A DNA stretch of 64,000 nt from Patescibacteria group bacterium (GTDB lineage: Bacteria > Patescibacteriota > Minisyncoccia > Phycocordibacterales > PALSA-1337): the NCBI GenBank assembly GCA_040388415.1, contig JAZKBV010000001.1:74369-138368 (forward strand), in the 5' to 3' direction. The first letter of the stretch is position 1. The number at the start of each line of letters is the position of its first letter. Below, one piece after another: positions 58,065-64,000 of this stretch. The notes beneath the pieces were generated by a model. That model was not told the DNA's origin, did no database searches, and saw nothing but the letters and a program-made list of their open reading frames with translations. Made by a program: the position numbers and the translations under genes.

Positions 58065-60320
58065 ATGAACGAAAAGTCACTCATATCAGAGAAATTCCTC
58101 AAGCCCTACAATCCTGCTGAAACCGAATCTCGCATATATGAGATGTGGGAAAAGAGCGGCTATTTCAATCCCGACAAACTCCCTGAACGCCAGCAGAGGG
58201 GCGAGCCTTTTTCTATCGTCTTGCCACCACCAAATGTGACTGGAACTCTCCATATGGGTCATGCTGCCATGCTTGCTATCGAAGACATTATGATCCGCTA
58301 CAAGCGCATGCAAGGATTCAAGACCTTATGGCTGCCAGGCACTGACCATGCCGCTATCGCTACGCAGTCAAAAGTCGAAAAGGAAATAGAAAAAAAAGAA
58401 GGCAAGCGTCGTCACGATCTCGGCCGTGAAGAATTTTTGAAGCGCGTCGATGCGTTCGCGAAAGAGAGCCATGACACTATCGTCAACCAAGTTCGCAAGA
58501 TGGGGGCATCGATCGATTGGTCGCGCGAAGCATTTACCCTCGATGTGCAGAGAACCATTGCTGTTCGTACTGCATTCAAAACCATGCATGATCTCGGCCT
58601 CATCTACCGTGGTTCAAAAGTCATCAATTGGGATCCAAAAGGTCAAACCACCATCTCTGATGATGAAATAGTCTATGAGACCAGAAAGGCAAAGCTTTAC
58701 ACTTTTAAATATTCAAAGGATATACCTATCACTATCTCAACGACTCGTCCTGAGACCAAGCTTGGCGATACTGCTATAGCGGTCCATCCTGATGATGCGC
58801 GCTATCAGCAGTACATCGGTAAAGAGTTTGATGCGGTTTTTGCGGGCGAGCCAATCCATCTCCGCGTCATAGCTGATACAGCCGTCGAACCAGAGTTTGG
58901 TACAGGTGCACTCGGCGTCACTCCTGCACATAGTGCTATCGACTGGGATATGGCGCAGAGACATGATTTGCCGCTCAAGCAAGTCATCGATGAATTCACC
59001 AAGATGACGGCAGGCAATGAGTCTGTTAAAGGCAAAAAAGTGGGCGAAGCGCGCACTGCTGTCGTTGAATGGCTCAAGTCAGAAGGCCTCCTCGAAAAAG
59101 AAGAGGACATCGAACAAAACGTCGCCACTGCTGAACGTACAGGCGCTGTCATCGAACCGTTGCCGAAGCTTCAGTGGTTCATTGCCGTGAACAAGAAGTT
59201 TGCGATTCCACACTCAAATATTCCTGGTATCGCTTCAGGGTCTGAAACGACATTAAAAGAAATAATGCTCAAGGCAGTTAAGAGTGAAGAAACTAATCCT
59301 GGGGGCAGTATTGAGATCATTCCTGAGCGTTTCGAACGGGTGTATTTCAACTGGATCAATAATCTGCGTGACTGGTGCATCTCACGACAGATCTGGTATG
59401 GGCACCGCATACCGGTGTGGTACAAAGGCTCAGAAATTTTTGTTGGACTTGAAGCACCTACTGGTGATGGCTGGGAACAGGATTCTGATACGCTTGATAC
59501 GTGGTTCTCATCAGGTCTCTGGACATTTTCGACGCTTGGCTGGCCAGAAAAGACCGTTGACCTCAAGACATTCCATCCAACGAGTGTTCTCGAAACTGGC
59601 TATGACATCATCTTTTTCTGGGTAGCGCGCATGATCCTCATGACCGGATGTCTCGTCGGCGAAGTACCATTTAAGACCGTATATCTCCACGGGCTTGTTC
59701 GTGATGGAAAAGGAAAGAAGATGTCCAAGTCGCTCGGCAATATCATCGACCCGCTCGATATGATTGAAAAATATGGCGCTGATGCGACACGTCTCTCGCT
59801 TATCATCGGTACTGGTCCAGGCAATGACTCGAAGCTTTCTGAAGATAAAGTAAAAGGATATAAGAATTTCGGTAATAAAATCTGGAACATCACCCGCTTC
59901 ATCCTCTCATCCGCTGCAGGGGAACGCTACGGTCTTACATCTGTTGAAAAAATCGAATACGACCCACATTTCAAAGCGTGGACTCCTGCAGAGTCTGCAT
60001 ATCTCAAGCAGCTCAATGATCTCGTGGCTGAAATCACTAAAGAAATGGAAGAGTATAAGTTCTACCTCGTAGGAGAAAAGCTCTATCAATACGCATGGCA
60101 TGAGCTCGCTGATAAGATCCTCGAAGAGAGTAAGCCTATCCTGAATGGCGAGGACAAGGCAGTTCGCACTGCCCGAGTTCAGTTCTTGTTGCACGCCTTG
60201 AATACTATGCTTCGTGCTCTTCACCCGTTTATGCCGTATGTTACTGAGGAAATCTGGCAAGATATCAACAGGGGCGAGTCAATGCTCATTGTTGAGGAGT
60301 GGCCAAAGGTACAAGAGTAA
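58065..60320 (+). CDS. valS: valyl-tRNA synthetase (lacks the usual C-terminal coiled-coil extension)
   Basis: 'PPPNVTGTLHMGHA', 'KMSKSLGN', editing and anticodon-binding domains. 751 aa against the typical 880. Confidence 0.9.
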   Translation: MNEKSLISEKFLKPYNPAETESRIYEMWEKSGYFNPDKLPERQQRGEPFSIVLPPPNVTGTLHMGHAAMLAIEDIMIRYKRMQGFKTLWLPGTDHAAIATQSKVEKEIEKKEGKRRHDLGREEFLKRVDAFAKESHDTIVNQVRKMGASIDWSREAFTLDVQRTIAVRTAFKTMHDLGLIYRGSKVINWDPKGQTTISDDEIVYETRKAKLYTFKYSKDIPITISTTRPETKLGDTAIAVHPDDARYQQYIGKEFDAVFAGEPIHLRVIADTAVEPEFGTGALGVTPAHSAIDWDMAQRHDLPLKQVIDEFTKMTAGNESVKGKKVGEARTAVVEWLKSEGLLEKEEDIEQNVATAERTGAVIEPLPKLQWFIAVNKKFAIPHSNIPGIASGSETTLKEIMLKAVKSEETNPGGSIEIIPERFERVYFNWINNLRDWCISRQIWYGHRIPVWYKGSEIFVGLEAPTGDGWEQDSDTLDTWFSSGLWTFSTLGWPEKTVDLKTFHPTSVLETGYDIIFFWVARMILMTGCLVGEVPFKTVYLHGLVRDGKGKKMSKSLGNIIDPLDMIEKYGADATRLSLIIGTGPGNDSKLSEDKVKGYKNFGNKIWNITRFILSSAAGERYGLTSVEKIEYDPHFKAWTPAESAYLKQLNDLVAEITKEMEEYKFYLVGEKLYQYAWHELADKILEESKPILNGEDKAVRTARVQFLLHALNTMLRALHPFMPYVTEEIWQDINRGESMLIVEEWPKVQE

Positions 60321-60333
60321 ATTTTCACTGTTT

Positions 60334-60350
60334 CTTGAGAACTTTTTGAT
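60334..60350 (+). repeat. second copy of CTTGAGAACTTTTTGAT motif, 30 nt upstream of the NYN-domain gene
   Basis: Exact 17-mer also at 30696-30712. Confidence 0.5.
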
Positions 60351-60380
60351 TGGTTCTTCATTACGCTTTGCTAGGATTAT

Positions 60381-60881
60381 TTGGTGAAATTATATCAAGA
60401 TAATCATGCGTATATTGATGGGGCCAATCTGCACCGTGGCACACGGAGTTATGGGTGGATTTTGGATTACGGACGTTTACGTATCTGGCTCAAAGAAAAG
60501 CATTCAGTTACATGCGCATACATATTTATTGGGTATGCTCCAAAATATAATCATATTTACGAGCAACTAAAGGATGCTGGGTTCATTCTGTTATTTAAAG
60601 AAACTGTCATTGGTGCAACTGGTCAGATTAAAGGCAATTGTGATGCTGATCTCGTGTTACGAGTTGTCCGAGATACATATGAAGAAAAGTACGATGAAGC
60701 CGTCATTGTCTCAAGCGATGGTGATTTTGCGGGCCTAATAAAATTTCTTAGTAATAGAAAAAGATTTAAAATAGTGATATCTCCGCATGACACATGTTCG
60801 GTACTTATCAGGCAGATGCATCTACCACTTGTATACCTAAATGATATACGTAGTTTAGTTGAAATGAGGTTAAAAATATAG
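60381..60881 (+). CDS. NYN domain (LabA/PIN-like) protein
   Basis: 'IDGANL', 'NCDADLV', 'VSSDGDFAGLI' are the conserved acidic residues of NYN/LabA nuclease-like domains. Confidence 0.6.
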   Translation: MVKLYQDNHAYIDGANLHRGTRSYGWILDYGRLRIWLKEKHSVTCAYIFIGYAPKYNHIYEQLKDAGFILLFKETVIGATGQIKGNCDADLVLRVVRDTYEEKYDEAVIVSSDGDFAGLIKFLSNRKRFKIVISPHDTCSVLIRQMHLPLVYLNDIRSLVEMRLKI

Positions 60882-61079
60882 AAAAATCCCCCGGTGAGGA
60901 CGAGACCTCACAAGGGTTTCTTTCATGTGTATGCCTATAGTTTATCAAAATATTATTTTGCGTCAAGAGCCATATAATATCTCGCGTATCTTTATCCACA
61001 ACTACGAAATATTGCTTCAATCGAGCTCCTTGTAAATGGGGTATAATACAGAGGTACTTATTATCTCTTTATTAAACTC

Positions 61080-62237
61080 ATGAAAAAAACAGCATTATAC
61101 CTCGTCTCGCTCGTCGTTCTCGTTATCCTTCTTGGCGCGTCGATGGCTTTTGTCGGCAGTCGCCCATCAGTGCGCGCAGTCGCTGCATCTAACTGTATTT
61201 CAACAGAGAGCAACTGTCTCTCGGGCTGGGCATGGTCATCGAATATCGGCTGGGTTAGTTTCAATTCTACAGATTCTGGCACTGGTTCAACCGTCGCATA
61301 CGATGTAGCTATCGATAATTCAGGCAATCTAAGCGGCTATGGCTGGTCAAATAATATCGGCTGGATTAGTTTTAACTCTTCAGATTTGAGTGTTTCTCCA
61401 GCTTGTAGCGGCACAGCGCCAGCAAACGTTAATACAGCGAGCGGTGCGGTTACTGGTTGGGCACGCGCTGTTGTAGGTAAAGGTAGAACAGATGGTTGGG
61501 ACGGATGCATCGAGCTTTCCGGTACCAATCACTCATCGCCTGACACAAGTGGATATAATGGCACCTCAACTTTGGGTGTCACCTATAGCAGCTCTTCTCA
61601 TAAGTTCAGTGGTTTCTCATGGGGCGGCGATGTTGTCGGTTGGTTGCAGTTCGGCCCAACTGCTGGATATGATATTGTCTGTGCGCCAACAGGAGTGTGT
61701 CCGGGCACAAACTCAGGCTTAGCTCTTCAGGTCTTCGATCCTTTGATTGGCTGGTCTACTTCTACGGTTGTAACTGCGGATTCAAACGGTAATGTCGCTG
61801 TCAATGTTCAATGGACGCCAAATAATGTTACGAATGTTAAAACTGCTATTGGTTCTGATTGGCCGGAGGGAACAAACGTCCCGACAAGCGGTTCAGGTGT
61901 GTCATTTACTACACCAGGTACAGAATCAGTGTCATTCACAAATACTGGAAGCACTCAAATCACAAAGACACTCATGTTGTCGTACTATCAGTCTGGTATT
62001 CAGCATAACTCTTCACCTGTAACGATATATATAAATCCATACGTTGCAGCTTCCAGTGCAAAATGCGTCGTCCCAGCGCATGCGACTTTCTGTGACCCGG
62101 CTGATGCAGGACAAACAGGCACCGCGGTCGGTGCCGCTACCTGCAGTACGCCGAAGGTTATGTGTGAATTTACCTGTGATACTGGATATAAGTTGAAAGG
62201 TGGTATCTGTGCAAAATCGTCAATCGAAGAGATTTAA
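61080..62237 (+). CDS. secreted Cys-containing protein with three 'G-W-x-W-S-x-N-I-G-W-(V/I)-S-F-N' type repeats
   Basis: Signal peptide. Repeats 'GWAWSSNIGWVSFNS', 'GYGWSNNIGWISFNS', 'GFSWGGDVVGWLQFG'. Confidence 0.45.
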   Translation: MKKTALYLVSLVVLVILLGASMAFVGSRPSVRAVAASNCISTESNCLSGWAWSSNIGWVSFNSTDSGTGSTVAYDVAIDNSGNLSGYGWSNNIGWISFNSSDLSVSPACSGTAPANVNTASGAVTGWARAVVGKGRTDGWDGCIELSGTNHSSPDTSGYNGTSTLGVTYSSSSHKFSGFSWGGDVVGWLQFGPTAGYDIVCAPTGVCPGTNSGLALQVFDPLIGWSTSTVVTADSNGNVAVNVQWTPNNVTNVKTAIGSDWPEGTNVPTSGSGVSFTTPGTESVSFTNTGSTQITKTLMLSYYQSGIQHNSSPVTIYINPYVAASSAKCVVPAHATFCDPADAGQTGTAVGAATCSTPKVMCEFTCDTGYKLKGGICAKSSIEEI

Positions 62238-62307
62238 TTTTAGCCTTGAATTTGTAATGTAAAAAATCGCACTCAGTTAATGAGTGCGATTTTGATTGTC
62301 GTAACGA

Positions 62308-63030
62308 TTATTTTCTGAAGGACTTTCTGCGTTGTGAGGCGATAAGGATCGTCAGTCCTCCGATGCCTGCCAAGACAAGTGTCGATGGTTCAGGCACGGG
62401 GTTCACAATGTTTGCGTTCATCGTGGTGCTCAATTGACCAAGAGAGTAGCTTACCGTATCAGTCTCCGGGAGGAGAGGTTTCCATGCTGCCAAGGTGCTT
62501 GCTACTGTTCCGTTGACATCAAAGGTGATGCCGGTGCCGATCCCGTAAATCGCATTTACCAATGAATTTGCATTTCCAGTTGTGTAAATGACGTCATCTG
62601 CATTGCCAGGAATGCCATCTGAACCGTAGTAGATGCCGATGCCGAAGATGTCATAGGTCAAGCCAAGGTCGCCGAATGTCCCCGATGAAGCACCTGCGTA
62701 TTTGTTCGTATCGCTCCATCCAACTTGGGAAAGAGTGAAGGTTGTTGAACGTGTCAGTGCGATTGCGTAGACAAGGACGTTGCCCACACCACCATTGTTC
62801 AGGATCTGCGAAATGCTCACAGAGCTGTTATTGGTCAGGAATGAAGACGTGTCGCCGTTCCGAAGCTGGTTCCCAATAGTTTGGGCGCCAGAGCGGTTGA
62901 TGTCAGTGACGGTGCCGTAGATGCCGATCGTCCCTTGCCCCTGCGAAGAGGAAGGGGAGACCAGTGTGATGACCAATGCGACGCACGAAAGCGCCGCCGT
63001 GATGAACCGACGAGTAGTTGTAGTTTTCAT
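62308..63030 (-). CDS. PEP-CTERM sorting-domain protein (signal peptide plus C-terminal VPEP-TM-RRK)
   Basis: C-terminus 'NPVPEPSTLVLAGIGGLTILIASQRRKSFRK'. N-terminal signal peptide. Slightly GC-shifted. Confidence 0.6.
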   Translation of the reverse strand: MKTTTTRRFITAALSCVALVITLVSPSSSQGQGTIGIYGTVTDINRSGAQTIGNQLRNGDTSSFLTNNSSVSISQILNNGGVGNVLVYAIALTRSTTFTLSQVGWSDTNKYAGASSGTFGDLGLTYDIFGIGIYYGSDGIPGNADDVIYTTGNANSLVNAIYGIGTGITFDVNGTVASTLAAWKPLLPETDTVSYSLGQLSTTMNANIVNPVPEPSTLVLAGIGGLTILIASQRRKSFRK

Positions 63031-63202
63031 AGATCGAATTTTTCCTTTGAGAGATGGCTTTGTTTGGTTGCGCCATATCTCACTGCTACCTAGTATTATA
63101 CCAGATATGATGGTATTTAGTCAACATGCTTATAGGGTTGTGTCAAATGGCTCTATTTTGAGGTATTTGCCATATCAACTGATTAAAACTATACTTGTTT
63201 GC

Positions 63203-63850
63203 ATGAATCAAAGTTTAAAGGAGAAGCTCATTTCTATCGCCAAAGAAGTGTCTGCCAAAAGAGATTGCTCCCATGATTTTAATCATGTTATCAGGGTGAC
63301 AAAATTGGCTGAGATTATTGCGGAAACTGAGAATGCTGACGTTGAAGTTATTGTTCCTGCTGCACTATTTCATGACGCTATAGTCTATAAAAAGAATTCG
63401 GTAGAGAGTAAAAATGAGGCAGATGAAAGCGCAGCTTATGCTGCCAAACAACTCGAACAGATCAGCGGTTATCCCGCGGAAAAAATAGAAAAAGTCCAAC
63501 AATGCATACGGGAATGTTCTTTCTCAAAAGGCATTGTGCCAAAATCGTTGGAATCTAAAATACTTCAGGATGCTGATAGGCTTGAGGCAACGGGCGCCAT
63601 TGCGATCATGAGAACGTTTGCATCGTGTGAAAATATGAATATTCAATTCTATGAGCCATCAGACCCGTTTTGTAAAAAGGGTGCAGTGCCATTTAGATCT
63701 GGTCTCGATTTGTTCTACAATCGGTTGTTACTCGTGGAAGATGGTATGCATACCAGTTTTGCAAGAAAGATCGCAGAGCGAAGAACGCTTTTTCTAAAGA
63801 ATTTTTTGGAAGAGCTTAATCTTGAGCTTATTGAGTCAAAAGTAATTTAA
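63203..63850 (+). CDS. HD-domain phosphohydrolase
   Basis: Start set to MNQSLKEK. 'SHDFNHVIRV' (H..HD), 'LFHDAIV', 'LQDADRLEATGAI'. Confidence 0.6.
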   Translation: MNQSLKEKLISIAKEVSAKRDCSHDFNHVIRVTKLAEIIAETENADVEVIVPAALFHDAIVYKKNSVESKNEADESAAYAAKQLEQISGYPAEKIEKVQQCIRECSFSKGIVPKSLESKILQDADRLEATGAIAIMRTFASCENMNIQFYEPSDPFCKKGAVPFRSGLDLFYNRLLLVEDGMHTSFARKIAERRTLFLKNFLEELNLELIESKVI

Positions 63851-63856
63851 TATACG

Positions 63857-64000
63857 ATGGAAAATTCTTCTTTAGAAAGTAACAATGAAAATATCGATCC
63901 GATTAAACCTTTTGAAAGAGAGGATGCATGGAAAGCGGTTGAGCAACTAACGATGGAATTCGGCTCCTATTATTCGAGCTTAGGGTACATAGAGCATCAG
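63857..64000 (+). CDS. N-terminal fragment of a hypothetical protein (continues beyond window)
   Basis: ATG at 63857, open to the end of the window. Confidence 0.3.
   Translation, partial: MENSSLESNNENIDPIKPFEREDAWKAVEQLTMEFGSYYSSLGYIEHQ

Overview
This is a bacterial chromosomal window of about 47% GC, gene-dense with short intergenic spacers. Roughly 60 protein genes, three tRNAs and an RNase P RNA can be supported.

Housekeeping content includes translation factors (rplY L25/Ctc, rpmE, rpsB, tsf, prfA, lepA, lysS, valS), greA and RNase J. The late glycolytic enzymes pyk, gpmI and eno are present, and a D-2-hydroxyacid dehydrogenase sits next to pyk. A class II (B12-dependent) ribonucleotide reductase lies near a small glutaredoxin/NrdH-like redoxin. 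A division/cell-wall block runs mraZ, rsmH, ftsL-like, ftsI, murF, with murJ, ftsB-like, dnaG and secG elsewhere. A type IV pilin and many small secreted or membrane proteins of unknown function are also present.

Several proteins are domain-reduced: pyruvate kinase is only the TIM-barrel core, ValRS lacks the C-terminal coiled coil, and RF1 and EF-Ts are short. There is no visible lipid or nucleotide biosynthesis. Together these suggest a reduced-genome, possibly Patescibacteria/CPR-like, organism; this is inference only.

The most interesting parts are compositional and architectural oddities rather than one obvious operon:
- An accessory locus next to tRNA-Ser holds a GC-shifted secreted HEXXH peptidase, a 935-aa soluble VirD4/TraG-family P-loop ATPase with a large unrecognised N-terminal domain, and an AT-rich acidic ORF.
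- A small GC-shifted island follows tRNA-Glu and carries two degenerate copies of the tRNA 3' end.
- A canonical PEP-CTERM-tailed secreted protein sits in a region with no exosortase in view.
- A CarS/DUF46 (CDP-archaeol synthase-like) membrane protein is present.
- A DedA–PAP2 fusion protein is present.
- A tRNA-like element with an aberrant D-arm is preceded by a 17-nt motif that recurs upstream of a NYN-domain gene.
- A 21-bp inverted repeat encloses a highly structured 70-nt spacer inside the division cluster.

All calls come from reading the sequence and ORF translations. No database searches were run. RNA coordinates are approximate to a few nt.
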